Assembly: GCA_036172245.1 (NCBI GenBank)
Contig: JAYWIR010000005.1
Coordinates: 930,001-994,000, forward strand
Length of the DNA: 64,000 bases
Direction of reading: 5' to 3'
From: Raillietiella orientalis
Taxonomy: Eukaryota
Shown: piece after piece, positions 36,053-49,600 of the stretch
Layout: the number at the start of each line of letters is the position of its first letter
Numbering within the stretch: position 1 is the stretch's first letter
The notes under the pieces: model-generated
What the model saw: only the letters and a program-made list of their open reading frames with translations
What the model was told of the DNA's origin: nothing
The model's database searches: none
Position numbers and translations under genes: made by a program

Positions 36053-39000
36053 TGAACTCCCACACAAAGCGTTTCCTTCGGCAACGGCCAACGAAGAGCT
36101 AGCCCTCCTGTGCGTTTCCTAGGTAACCCGAAAAGCCTCCGAGCAAGGAGCGTCTCCTCTTGGCCTCGTTCGGCCGCTGAGCACAGACGCAGAATGAGGG
36201 GAAAGGTCTGTCGGGAGTCGAAGGTCAAAAAGCGACCGAGTCCTCGGGGCTAAAAATGAAGCGAAGGTTCCTGCGGTGCGCTTGAGCTGTCCGGGTTGAC
36301 CACTCACGCGAGCGAACAAGGGTGACCTCCAAACAGCCGCAGGATGAAACCTCGAGGAGATACCAGCAGGCATCATTAAGAGCTAACAGCGGAGGGTCCT
36401 TCCGGTGAGGAGTAGAAGAAACGATCCAAGGGATGGCCAACCTCCGTTCGTCCGCTGTGGGCTCGCAACAGGGATCTGACCGAGGTATCCGGCCCGGAAC
36501 ACTGGACCCACGCGAACGGACGGAGCTGAGAACCTCCCGGCACGTGCGCTTCTCCGGGACAGAGCGCGCACGAGGAGTAATGGAGATCGCCAATTCCGGA
36601 CGGAATCTTCCTTCCCGACGGTGTTCTTCCTATCAGTCGGCAAGGCGGGTTCGGACGATCCCGCCGAGATGGCGCGCAACTGAACAGGCCTTTCAGCAGA
36701 CACCATCTAGCGCGGCTTCTCCGAACCATCGCACGAAGCATATCGCTCCCCGATTCCCTCCTACTCACCGTCCTGCTGAGCTTCCTTCTCCTGAAAGCGA
36801 AGGCAAAACCCAAGAAATGCGCTTGTATATTCCTTATGATGCCATGCATGGTGTCCAGGATGGCCAGGGGGCAGGTGGGAAGGGAGGCAATGCACAGCAA
36901 CGCAGAGCAACTCAGCAAAAGAGGAGCATGAAAGAGGAGAGTTGTCAAGGGGAGTAGTCAGACCCCTTCCCGTTTCTTGGGCATCATTCACGAAGCCCCT
37001 CCATGAGTCCCCGGTTCCGGGTGGCGTCGCATCTTCATCTGCTCCACGTTTCGCCAGCCCCGCAGGATCCAGAGAGCGCAAAAAGTCGATGGGAAGATGC
37101 ACACGGGGTGAAGACTGCAGCGCGACCCTTCCTTCTTCCGGAGGGTGTCCATGTGATCTTGCCTTCGAGGAAGGGGGAAGGAGTTGTGTGGGAGTTGTGG
37201 GGACGCTCGACATTGCGGCGGATTGCACCTCGCAAGCACTTGGGGTGCTTCCGACGTCGCGCGACCCCTCCAGCGGCAGACCCCTAAACGCGCACCCGTG
37301 GCGTTTCCCGGAGCAAGGGGAACCTGTTTCCGGGGATCGGGAGAATTCGGATGAGCTGTGGCACAAAGCATCTCCAGAGTGATGCTCGTGGGACACCGGC
37401 ACCCAGAGCCGCGCTGCGTCCACAACTGCTGCCGGCTCTGGAAGGAGGAATAAAAAAAGGGGTGCGTTGAGAGAGCTGCCTCGAGACGGAAGCGAAGCGT
37501 GGCGGTGCATTCGTAGTGCGGATACCACCGTTCCCTCTTACCCCCTTTTCCCATGGTTTGCAAAGAGAAATGCAGATGGCAGGCTAATGCAGTGCGCGCA
37601 TCCGGGAGGGAGGGTTTTTTTCCGTTTGTCTCTCAGGAGGGAAATCCGCGAATGGGGAAAGGGTGGTGAGAGCTTCCAACTGGAGAGAGGTAGGGACGTG
37701 CAAAGCTTGAAAGCTGCATCGAGAGGAAACCAGAGGACGTCTCTCCGAAAAGGCACGGTGCCCCTCCTCCTTTTCTTTTTTCTTTTCTGTCCGTCTTTCT
37801 TTTCTTTCTTCTTTTCTTTTCTTTTTTCTTTTCCTTTTTTTTGCAAGCTCATCCCGTGTCAACACGAGGTGTTTAACGAATCAACCAAGCAGCCGAAAGG
37901 GACCACACCTTGCGCGTCGGGATCCCAGTGCCATCTCGCGCTCGAACGACGAAGGTTCCCTACACGCTGGCCTCCCTTCGGAAGTTCCTCCTCAACCTTC
38001 GAAGTTGTCGCACCCACCACGGAAAAAGCCGTTCCGGAAGCAGCTGGAAGCGCGAGGATCTGACGCACAAGGGCGGAGATGAGGGTGGGAAGAGGCGGAG
38101 GAGCAAGAAGGGGGCGGCTGAAACTCCGCCGATCTTCCAACCACCCCCGAAATTTCGCAAGGACGAGGAGGAGACAGCGGAGGAAAAAAAAGCAATCGGA
38201 CGGGGGCCTCGCACACGAATGTCCCGTGAGCAGGAACTTCCGGGAGGTCTCCCCAAAGTGCGCAAAGCCCAGCTCTTCGAGCAGTGGGTTTCTCCCGAAG
38301 GAGAGCGTGCCCCAGTCCTTGGGAGGAGTAAGAGCAAGTTTGTTCCATATGCAGCCCTTCATTGCTTTATGACTGACGCGAGGCGAGGTCTTCCTGCTCC
38401 TTTCCGCTATAACCGTGCAGTCTCCGTCGCCGCGGAGGAGGGCAGAAAGAGAACACGGGGAACGGCCAATTCACTCCCCCCATTCCCCGCTCCGTGGACC
38501 GCGCGTCAGGGGACGGGCGCGGCGAATGGCGGGAGGAGCAAGGTGCCTGTGCCAGGGCGGCGCTGTGAGGCCATGAGGTGGGAAGTTCAGGCCTCGCCAG
38601 CGGATGGCGCGGCAACTACACGTTCTGGCTCTCCTTCCTGACCCAGACCGTTCTCTCGAGGGGAGATCAGGAACGTCTGTGCTTCGGCTGCAAATCCCGG
38701 CCGGAATTCAAGCGTGGGAGAGGCGAAGGCCGCCAAGATGAACGTTTGGCGGTGATGTCTTCTTGGGCGATTTTCGTTCATCGAAGGGATAATGCTCTGC
38801 TCTGCTCTGCCTCTGCAGCCGTTTTCCTGACGGCACCTTTCTTTTGTACGTGTGCTCCTCTGTTAATGCAACGGATCTTTCGGAAAGTTGCGCCTTCGAA
38901 CTATCTGGAGGACCTCCCGCGCCTCCTTGGAGTTGCCCACCCCCCTCCCCCTTGCTGCTGCCGGCGGCTATCCACTCCGCTGCAAGGGGTTGAGGCAATA

Positions 39001-39355
39001 TGCGACTGACTTGCGACTCCGCAGTAAGAACGGTCGCCTCCACCCTCACCTTTCCAGGTATGCGCGCGGGATTGTGTTCTTCCCACAGCCTCCAGTTTAT
39101 GCGACAGCAGGCGGGAGGGAACGGGGAGTAAAGTCAGAGACAACAGAGAGGCTGTAGCCTCTCTGTTGTCTTGAGACAGGAGGGTCAAGCAGGGTGCAAT
39201 TTATGCTTCTCGAGTAAATACGTAGACTACCAATAATTTTAAACATTCTTGCTTCATTTGATAGAAGACTCCTTGCTCCAGCAACTTTCTGTGGGCAAGA
39301 TCAAACAAAAAAATTACCTACCGCTTCGAAAATTTGTTTCTGTCAAAGCATTTTC

Positions 39356-39370
39356 TGTGTGTGTGTGTGT
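39356..39370. repeat. (TG)n microsatellite
   Basis: tgtgtgtgtgtgtgt. Confidence 0.85.
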
Positions 39371-41623
39371 ATATATGTGTGATTTTTTCTGTGCCTAATA
39401 TAGCATTGCTATTGTTCTGTGCGTACTTATTTGATCAGTGACAGTGAACGCAATGACTTTTCCAAGATCAAAGTAGTCATTAAATAATAGATGCGAGATG
39501 AATCGTAGTTCCATTATCGAATGACGATCCATCTCTCGTATAATGTCGCAGACTTCTCGTCAGTTTCTCATCGCAATTCCCGCTTCAAATTCATCTTGTA
39601 AAACCGAAAGCAACTTAAGAGAAAATCTATCTGCCGTTTCTATTTGCAGAATTCCCTCTTCAGAAAGACGCGTAGGTTTATGTAATGTGTGCTTAAGGAT
39701 GAGAGACGAAATCAGCAGAAACATGTTTTCGTTTCTTTACTTTCTAAAAAAAATTTATTTTAAAATAACTTTAATTTCGAATGTAACTCGGCACCCCTTC
39801 CTATTGTTGCTGGTGACATTTGTGCAATCATGTCGGCGACCATAAAGACACAATGCTTATTAAAAATGATTGCAATCGTAAGCAATTCTTTTATCAAATT
39901 TGTCTTTCTGTTTTCACGCAGCTTGGTTCTCCGTAAGAGTATGATGATCTTTTCCTTTTTTTTGAGGGAGGGGGAGGGGGGTTCGCGCTTCCTTTCGATA
40001 ATGGTCCAAACGAAATCCGCCGCCGTTTCCGAAATGCAGGGTGCGACTCTACTACGCAACGCATTTAGTTATGGCGTCGCACGCAACTTCTACATCCCTG
40101 TGCTCCAAAACTTGCATTTCCCAAGCTCGCTCCCCTTGGAAAAAACCTGAATTCTAGCTGCATGGGCAAGTCTACAAACATTGGTGAAATGGGATCGTTG
40201 TGGTACCAACCGCTCCTACTTTCACGGAACACGGGGGATGCACCTTTTTTTTTTTTTCTTGAAAGGAAGCCATCCTTTCGCTTGTATCCTTGCAGTTTGT
40301 CGTCATCTGTTCCTTTCGTTTTAATTAGTCGTCATGACCTTGCTTGTTTTTTTCTTTTTTCAATTTTGTTCTTCTCTCTCCCTCTGTTTGTCCCTGCTTT
40401 TTGATAATGAAAAATCGGGTGACTTCGACTTCGTGGTACATCGCATTTCTTTGTTGTTCCCGAATTTCTTTGAAGATTTCATTCCAAGGAGTAGCGTTTT
40501 CCCATCGCCAGTTCCTCATCTGAATTCACTCGTTGGATGATTTCAGAGAACCGCGGCTTGGTTCTTCTTTATCTGCTGCACTATTTAGATAAATGATCTT
40601 GTGAATGATCTCCAGCATCTCGCGAGAGAGACAGCTCTGCTAATGAATTGGGCTATCGGCGCGAGGGTCCTTCTGGAAGCATTTCCAGACATCCCTCTGA
40701 AACTTCATGGTTTCTTAAGCAGGCAGATATGAAACAAGATAGAAAGTTACCAGAAGACGGAAACCGAAGGTTGCGGCTGCTTATCAAAGTGCTCCTGCAG
40801 CTGGATATGAAGCATGTGCGAGCCTGGAAGATCGTTTCGTCCTTGGTTGGAAGTCTCTGAGGAAGTCGTTCAGGCAAAGAAGAGCAAGAAGTTCTTTTTG
40901 TCGTGCCTTCTTGCACTGCCAACCAGAGGAAAGCCCACAGATAACAGCCATTTCCTCTTTTCTGCGGTGTTGGCTTCGTGGAGAACTAAAATAGAAGTGC
41001 AAATGCAAGGTCAAAGGCGGACGTAAGGAGACCTGGAGGGTTTTTAAGAACCCTACAGACCAGCTGCCACCAACAAACCAGCCACGCCTCGGACGAATTT
41101 TTCGCAACCAAGAAAAATCAAATTTGGAGGTAAACTGCGGACCGTTTCCTTCGCTCGACCGAGACCTCCGTCGTTTCGAGAGGCAGCCACTGTGGACGCT
41201 CTTCCGGCCGGCAAGGAGATGAAGGGCCAAGCTAAACCGACGGATTCAAAAAGGGAAGTCCAAATTCCACTTGAGAGCATCAGCAGTGATGCTGGAGACA
41301 GGCAGAGTAATTCAGCTGGGGGGGAGAGCCGTGACAGCTGCAGAGAATTATTGACAAGAATAAAAGTGGAAGTCGCGCGGGCAAAACACCAGAGGAAACT
41401 TTCCGGATGGCGATAAGAGGATCGTCTTCCTGTGGATGTTTTTGAGCAAACACATTTGCGGGATGGATTCCGATCGAGGAAAGCATTTTTGAGAGCATCT
41501 CCCCTGGAAGCTTTGTTCACGGCAGCGGCAAGAGCGACACCGCGCCCCCTGAAAGCGACCGGAAGACAGGATCTTGGACTTCAACATCACGGTGCTAAGC
41601 CAGGATTCGAATTGAAGCAAGGA

Positions 41624-43653
41624 TGCTTTGAAGAGCGACAGCGTTTGTCGGCATCTGCGTCGGAAAGCGTGGAAACTGTGAATTTGTTTCCGCAGTGTGC
41701 TGCCTCAGGCAGAAGTGGTGGCGACAGGCGTCCGTTAATGGGCGCGCATCGAGGAGGGAGAGGAAGGGAAAACAACCGCGAGCCGGCAACCCTATGGATC
41801 CTTGTAGGGAGACGCCACGGAAAGCAGCTGCGATCCGGGAATACTGGAAGATGAAGCGTCCGGAATGCAGCACACAGAGGGAAGCATACTTGTTCGGACT
41901 GGACATGCCGGCTTTCGGATGCTCGCTCCCTCTGAGAAGATCATGACCGGAAGGCAACGCCCGTATCATATGCACTTAATCCTGCAGGCGGCAAACGGGA
42001 CGGCGCTCGCGCATGTGAGTGTGTGTGTATGTGGGGGGGGGGGGGGGGACCAATACTTTTCGCTTGTTCTCCTGCGAGTCAGCCGCACCGGACTCGAAAC
42101 CTGAGGCGTCCATTCTCTCCCGTTTCCGCCCGGGGCAAACCGGTCGCCTGCCGATCGTCGGTGAAGTGCTTAAAGACGACGCTAGATGACGTCTAGCAGT
42201 CGTTCCGCACGTGACGATCACCTTGGCGCTGCTCGCCTTCGAAGGCTGGCTGCTCCTGACCACATCCTGCAGCGTTTGCTCCACGCCGAGACTGTGGTCT
42301 GGAACCCAAACAGCAGTCTTTCGCTCGCCTTTCCTGGATAGCAGGCGCGGAGTACGCGAACAGGTTGAGAGCGGGTGCAAATCCTGAGTGGCTTTCACGA
42401 GCGATCCCGAACGTGCAAAACGCACCCGGTCGGAGATTTGCTCGCCTCGTAGAAGACTCGGGACCCGTCCCGAACCGGAAGGAATGAAGCTTTCGGCAGC
42501 ATCCTTCTCGTACACTCATCGGTCAGCCTTCGGCGCCTTGCACTGGCTCCAGCTCTGTTCCCGCCTCCGAGAAATCCCTCGCGTTTCCCTCTACGTTGAG
42601 CGGACGTGCCCCACCGCTCTCCAGTATCCAGAGCGAGGTGGCGGACCTTTTGCACTCGAGGAAGGCGCTGGAAATGGGGCCGCGAGCTTGCCGACGCAGA
42701 AGGTTCCGCGAGTTCCACGGTGGCAGCCGTTAGCAGCGCGGGTGGAACCAAACGGTGGCGCTCATGCTTCGGCCTATCTCCTTCACGATAGACTTCTCGC
42801 TGGAGCCATCCCTACCTGCTCTCTTTCCGCTAGAGGGAGAGCGTGGGGTGTCCTACTTGCCGCGTGCCTTCGGTGCCATCTCCGGTTTCTACCTCAGCCC
42901 CCCACATGAGCAGACAGGACCATCCGAAGCGGTCGAAAAAGCGACATGGAGGAGCTGCCTCCGCGTCATGAGTCGACGCGCCGATGTTCCTTGGAAGCTA
43001 TCCGGATCACTGGGAGGGAGGGAGGAAAATGAGGTCCCCGTGGAGTCCTCAGACATTTCGGAAGAAGGAAGAAGGGAACTGTGGAGCTGCTGCACGTGGG
43101 AAGCGAATGAGATTGCACTCCATGAGTCACCCTCGGCACAAGCTCGGGTCACCTTTGGCCAGTCCGAGACTCTCCAGCAGACAAGAGCTTTCCGCCTGCA
43201 AGGAACGTGATGCTTCATCGGTGGCGCCCGCGAAGCCGCCATGCCATTGAGGCGAACTTCCCAGAAACAAGGGATGGGATGGTGGACGCGCGCGTTTCTC
43301 GAAACTCTGCATGACGGATCCGCCAGCAGGGCGCCAAAAGTGGACACAAACGGTGGGAAAAATCTTTCGGCTTAGAGTTGCATATGGAGGGGAGGGGAGA
43401 GCAGAGCTGCAACAACGCTCTTCGGGCCCCTCTCGGCTTCTGACATTCCTCCCTGGTCATCTTGGATCGCCTCCTCCGCCGTGAGCACGGGTGGACAGGG
43501 GGAGATCTGAGAATCCGGAAGGCCCGGCGGTCTGCTTTGAAGAGCGGCAGACATCTGTCGGCATCTGCGCTGGGAAGCGTGGTAGCCGTGAACCTGTTTC
43601 CACATCTAGGCAATCAGGAAGAGGGTGGCAGGCGTCCGTTCCTGGAGCGCATC
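41624..43653 (+). repeat. Diverged direct duplication of a roughly 125-bp coding-like segment (41624-41750 and 43533-43653)
   Basis: tgctttgaagagcgRcag…tgtcggcatctgcg…aagcgtgg…gtgaaYYtgtttcc…caggcgtccgtt…gcgcatc occurs at both sites. Confidence 0.85.
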
Positions 43654-44788
43654 ACGGAAGGAAAGATTTCCAATGTAAGGCGGTGTCAGGAAGCCAAGGA
43701 TCCTCCAGGGTTGAAACTCATGGAATGCCGGCGTGGCGCATCTGCGTCGGTGTTCCCGCCTAAAAGGAGAAGGAGGAGGACGATGGAAAGAGCAGTGGAC
43801 GGTGGACGGCTTTTCAGGGGACTCTGCTTATGCTCCCACAGCATCTTGCTTCCTCCCGAACGGTTCGAGGAAGGCCAGTCGGACTAGTTCGAATGCTGAG
43901 ACTTTGAGTTCCTCCCTAGGAATTCCGGTCAACGGGGAAGGGTCTCCCGTTGCTTTCCTTTCCTTTGGTCACTGCCCTCCTCTCCGCGCGCCCGGTCCAT
44001 CCCGCAAGCAAGGCTTTGCAGTTCGCAGCTGGACGCCCCGGTCGCACCCCGGGGGTACCGGGCTCGCTCCTCTGGGGTCTCTGAGGGGATAAAGAAGGAG
44101 CGGACTCCGGATCTCCTGTCCCTCCGAAGGTCCGACGTCCCCCTCAGCGCCTTGCCTCTCCGAGCGGTTTGGCATGGAGGCTCCTTCCCGACCACCGTCC
44201 GCGTCCGCTCCCCACTGAGGTTCCGGCGCCTCTCAGTTCGAGCCTGAGCTGCAAGGGGGAGGACGGCGGGCGATCGCATCTCCGCTTTCTGAGAGGAGGA
44301 GTCGCGGCGCGGTCCGGGAGACCACCCGGAGGAGGAGTGGGCGGCAGGAGGGTTGGCGAGCTGGGGGCGACGGTGTCCCCTCGAGCGCTTTCCCGTGGGA
44401 CCCGACGCGTGTCCTGCGATGCGCCCGGACTCGGGCCCCCCGTGCACGAACGACCCCCTTCGCTCTTTCTCGTGAGACCTCTTCGTCGCCGCGCAGAAGA
44501 GCTGTTGGCTCCAAGCGCGGGTAGACGGAGGCTCTCTCGTGCCTGCGAGCATCCCAGGTGGACAGAGGAGGAGCAGGACAGCCGGGACCCGGCGCCGGAA
44601 CCACTCGATGGCACTCGCGCGGCGCAGCGAGGGTCTCTCTGGCTGGCGCCCTTCCACCGCCGCTCGACTTCCGCGGCAGCTCCCGAGCCGCCCTTCCGGG
44701 GAAGCCGCCCTCCGTGCGCCACTTCTGGAAAGAGGCGTGGAGCCGACCTCTGAGAAGCCCGCCTGCCCTTCCTAGACTTCTATCAGGC

Positions 44789-46652
44789 ATGGACAAGGCT
44801 ACCCTCAACTGTTCTTTGCAGGTGCTCCAGATCTGTGCCACGGTGCTGCTCATCCTCTCGAGGCTCGTATTGGACCTCATGATGGACTTCATCATCAAAG
44901 GGACGCTCATGGGCTTCTTCATCATTACCTCCATCCTTCTGGTCCAGCATTTTTCCCAGAGGAGGACGACCAAGTTCATCGTAAGCCGCGCGCTCTTGCG
45001 GAGCGAATGGGGCGTCCCCCCCTCCTCGCCTCTCTCCTTCTCCCTGCGACTCTCTCGCCCCCACCCGCCCTTTGACTGGAGAAACCAAAGTCCCTCCCTG
45101 GGTGCTCTCGGTGGCAGCGTAGCGAGGTCGGTTCCCGACAAGTCGATGGCGAAAAGGAGCTGCCGGCGCCCGGTCGTGAAAGGAGCCACCGATGGAGACT
45201 GAGGGCGCCTGAACTGCTGGAGCATTTCCTCTCGTTGCGCCCGGCTGCTCCTTCCCAACTACGGCGCAGAAGGCACCTCGTCGCGAAGCCGCGTCGAGGC
45301 GCCTGTCTGCCTGCCTGCAGGGAGACAAGGTCATGTGCCCACACTCACTGTGTAGGCTTTCTGGGACCTCGACCCGCCCGCGCACACCTCAATCAGTGTC
45401 CCATCGTGGTCCTCTGGGTCGCTAGGTCCTACTCCTAGGACACTCGCTTCGTGTAGTGGTGCCAAGGTAGAGTACCATGGGCCACTTGGCATCGTGGAGG
45501 TTGCCGTGGAACTTGCGTGTTGACCCGAGTGCCGTAAGACAGTTGAGTCGTTGAGTTGTGCTCTTGGTTAGTTGGTTGGTTGGGTCCTATCGCTGATGTG
45601 AGCTCTTGTACTGCTTCTTGGGTCGTGTCCTGTTGGTCAGATGGAATCGCTGATGTTGCGTTTGCATAGCGCTGGTCACGCCAGTCAAGCTAGTTGAGTT
45701 GCCGTAAAGGAGTTGCAGCGCCTAGAGGGTCAGGCGAGCAGGACCTTCCGCAGAGGAAGGGAGGAGGAGTCGTTCCAGGAAACACGAGGAAAATTTCGTG
45801 TTGGGACAACTGCGGTTTCCCGAGAACGCCACCCAATGACACCACGACGCTGTGAAAGAAGGTCCAGGAGCAAAAATTTTCGCACAGTGGTGGCTTTTAG
45901 ACGGCAGCGCACGGATGCGGGGCAGCCATCCGCGTCGTGCACCGCATCTGTGCACTGCTCGTAGGCGCACGTGCTCTTCTGGTTGCTGCTTCCGGTTCTC
46001 ATCGGGAGCCCGCTAGTCCGCGCTCAGAAGGTCATCGGCTGCGCTGGACCATCCGGCGAGCCCGCCGTACCCTGCTCTCCCGTGATCTCCGTCTGCCGAC
46101 GGGCGCTCCCCGACGTTGCCATGCTCGAGACGAACTTCGGAGCAAGGGACGGTCGGAGGAGGAGCGACGCCTGCGCACGGAGGTAAGATCTGCGTGCTCC
46201 TCCTCCTCCCCTCCTCTTCCTCTTTGCCATCTTCCCTTCTCCTCGCCTGTCTTCTTCCTCCCTTCCTCTTCACCATCTGGAGCTGTGCCGTGGCGCGCCC
46301 ATGCGGCAAACCGTTGCGGAACGTGGCAGGGTTCTCGCCTCGCGCCTTTTCTCCTGGTCACGCGCCCCGCGTTCCTAAAATGCCAAGGCTCCGTTAGAGG
46401 GCGAGGTGGGGACGGGGTGGATCATTTGGCGGAGTGTTCTTGCGAGCGAATGGAATCTCTCTGCCCACCTCCCAGGTCCTTTCCACGGCTTGCTGCGGCA
46501 TCCCGATGAATTTCCTGTCCGGTTCCTTCCTTCTGTACTTCGGGACTGCAAGCGGCGACGCGGCCCACGTCCTGGTGACTCTGGCCGGCTGCCTGTGTCT
46601 GGTGCTCGCCATCGTGTACTGTATCGACGGGTTCCTGGAGTACAAGAACTGA
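44789..46652 (+). CDS. Small four-TM MARVEL-domain (Snakeskin-like) membrane protein, 122 aa, two coding exons
   Basis: Exon 44789-44980 (MDKATLNCSLQVLQICATVLLILSRL…DFIIKGTLMGFFIITSILLVQHF, GTAAGC donor) joins in phase 0 to exon 46476-46652 (VLSTACCGIPMNFLSGSFLLYF…LAGCLCLVLAIVYCIDGFLEYKN*). It has four hydrophobic segments and the C-terminal GxLCxxxxxxYxxD pattern typical of MARVEL/Ssk proteins. Confidence 0.78.
45325..45720 (-). mobile_element. Possible retroelement-derived fragment in the MARVEL gene intron
   Basis: Abrupt G/T-skewed composition, internal short repeats (atcgctgatgt twice, tgccgtaa twice), and a Q/T/P-rich minus-strand frame. No diagnostic domain was seen. Confidence 0.3.
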
Positions 46653-49600
46653 TCCTGGAGTAGAGGACCGCCCCACGGTGTTGCCATGGCATCTAGGACG
46701 ACCCGCAATCTCAGATAAAGAGGCTTTGGATGTCTTGCAGATGCACCTCCCTTCCCTCTCGCACCAGCGGCGGCCTCCGCGGTCCGCGTGCCGCCGTCGC
46801 GCCCTCTTGCAGCAGGGGAGTCGCTTCCGGATGCTGAAGGGCACGGCACGGCGTCCCTTCCTGCCTTTTTACCATCCTCCTTGTCCACGGGAGACCAAAC
46901 GCGGTCCTCCAGGTGCAGGGGAGAATTCCCCTTCCTTTCTGACGCGCCGGACGGGGCGCTAGAAGGCGCAGGGAGGCGCCCTACGCACCTCTCCAGCTGC
47001 CTCCTGTCGTGGCCGCGGGAGCTCAGCGAGCCGCTGTGGCGCTTCCGTCGCTCCGGTAGCGCGCTGGCTGTGTGGAAGGCAGGGAGAAGGGAAGGACTTA
47101 CCCCCACCCCTCTCTTTCCTGTCCCTTGTCGAACCCTGCAAGCCCCGCCGCCCGCGTGCTCCGATGGGCACTCTCCGCCTGCGTCTGTGCGCGCAGCGAA
47201 AGAAACACACTCGCGTCATCCTCCCAGCTTTGAACGCCGCCCCTCACCCCGCCCTCATCTCCCACGAGGGCGCGGGACGAGATGGGTGGGTGCTCCCCTC
47301 TGGATGGACTTTTCGCCCTGCCCCCCTCCGAATGCCAAAGGCGGCGGTAGCGGAGGAGGAGGAGGAGGAGGAGGAAGAGCACGAGGACTCTGCTTTCCCC
47401 CCTCGCCTGCGAGAGGATCCTTCGAGGGGCCTGGGTGAGGTGACCACCATCACGACAGTGGCATGTCGGCGTTGCGTCCGAGGAGGCCGCCAAAGCCGAC
47501 CGCTGACCGCTGATGCCTGGAGGCGTCCGTTCCGTGGCCCCTCGTCAGCCCTGGCGACGCAGAGCTGCCGCAGGGCGCTCCAAATCAAGGAATCCGCCCT
47601 CCCTTACCCCCATCCCTCCTCGTCTAGGGATCGAGGGAGCAGCACCTCGCGCAGCGGTATGGAGCCGAGAGGACGGACATTCCAGCGCCGCTCAGTGACC
47701 GCGGAGGCCCTTCGCTCCCCCTGGGGGCATCCCTCACACCACTTGGGGGGCTCTCGGGTAGACGGGAGAGAAGCAAGTGTCCCCAGGTGCGTTCTCTTTC
47801 GCCGCCTCACGCCGGAGAAATCGCCCTCCTCTTTTAGAATGGAATGCGAGGGGTCGCGCAGTCCCGCCTGCCACCGGAGACGCTGCCGTGGCGGCTCGTT
47901 GCGCGAGTCACCGGCCCGCGCCGTGTTCTTGCCCTTCTAGGAGATGGCTCTAGAGCGTGAGAAGCGACCACTGGCGCACAAGGGGGGGGGGATTTCTCTC
48001 CGCGACCGCCGCACCCTTGACCCTCCCGGGCCACGGCGGTCTGCACCAGAGTCCTCCCCTCGGCCTGCCCTTCAGCCACTCTTCGAGGGTGTCGGGAGGC
48101 AAGCCGCCCCGGTGAGGGAGGACCCTCTTCGGAGGTTGTTTCCTCTTTCCCCCCACTCCGGATTCTTGCGCGAAAGAGGCCTCGGCGGTTTGTCGTCGCT
48201 CCTCGGCCTCCTCGCTTTCCCCCTGATCCCTATCGGAAGGGCTCGAGCACGAGGTGGCTGGCACTGCGGCTGGGGGGGGAGGACGAGGAGGAGGAGGAAG
48301 GGGAGGGGGCGCGGGTCTTTTCGAGAGATCTCGTTGGCGGCTCGGTAGCCGGGGGAAGCTGAGCGTGGATGAAAAGGGGAAGGAAGTCGGTCACTGCTAC
48401 TCCGTCCCAGGCTTTGGCTGGTCGAACGACGGCGGTGTACCTGGAGGAGGGAGGGAGGGAGGGGATAAGATGGCATCTCGAGAGGAATATGCGCCTCGAG
48501 GGCGGGGCCTGCGGCGAAAGGGGGTCCACACTCAGGAAGGCGAAACGGAGCGGTTGTCAGGCGACGGCCGAGAGCCTACGTCTCCACAAGTCGCAGACGA
48601 ATGGGTCGTGCCTGGGTCGTTGCCGCCGCAGGGGCGAGCGGGAAGATTTCGGTCGCGTGGCGATGAGCGGCGCCTTCCCGTCTCGTTGGTCGGGTGACGG
48701 CTGGCGGAAGACACGATGACTCCCCTGCAGGCGACGGGAGGTAGAAGCAGCCGTGGCCGCCTGGGTCACAGGCCTTGGCGCGAGGGTCGCGCGTCGAGGC
48801 GGAACCGGCCCGAGGTGGAGGCTGGAACTCGTAACCAGGTGCAGGGCGGTCAACCGGCCCTAGCCATGCCCCCGTTTGCCCGACGCGGGGACGCGCCAGA
48901 AAGGAGGCGGGCGCGGTGCATCATTGTCGAGAACGGTCCTCCGCGGTGTGACCCCTGGCCCCTCCAGGAGGCGAAGAAGAGCAGGGAAGGGCTGGTGCAT
49001 CGCAACTCCTGGCTGTTCCAGGAAGTCGCTGCGTGTCAGACTCCCCCTCAGGACACTAGGCAGCCGGGGCTGGTTCTCGCCCGAGCACAGGCATGGGCGG
49101 TGTGGGCGGAGTCTCTCCTGCCGTGAGGCGAAGAAGAGTCACCGTTGCCGGAAGCGCGGCTCCGCGTCGGATCCGTCCTTCCACGTGATTTATCTCTCTA
49201 CGCTGCGAGGGCCCTCCGAAAGGAGAGTTCCGTGGGCCGGCTCGGCCCCCGCGGAGAGGCGACGCCCGCAGCCACCGGCTCCTCCTCCTCCTCCTCGGAT
49301 CTCTGCTCCGCGCTGGCTCTCCCGTAGAGCCGCCTCTGGAAAGCCAGGAGCAGGGCTCCCCCGCCCGCGCTTCGCACGGTACCGAGAAGGGGAGCGGCAG
49401 CGCCAGGGGTCGCATCTTCGTGTGCTGTGCGTGGGACGGGCGGCGGCGCGTTCCACGCGGAAGCGCTGCGCAAGAGGCATCAGCAACAGCCAAAGGCTGT
49501 CCAGCGGACATTCGCGGTGAAGGTCACCCCAAAAAAGACGAAATGCGCATCTCGCCGGCGGCGGTCTTAGCGACTGGCAGGGATGGGCGGGGGCGGGCGC

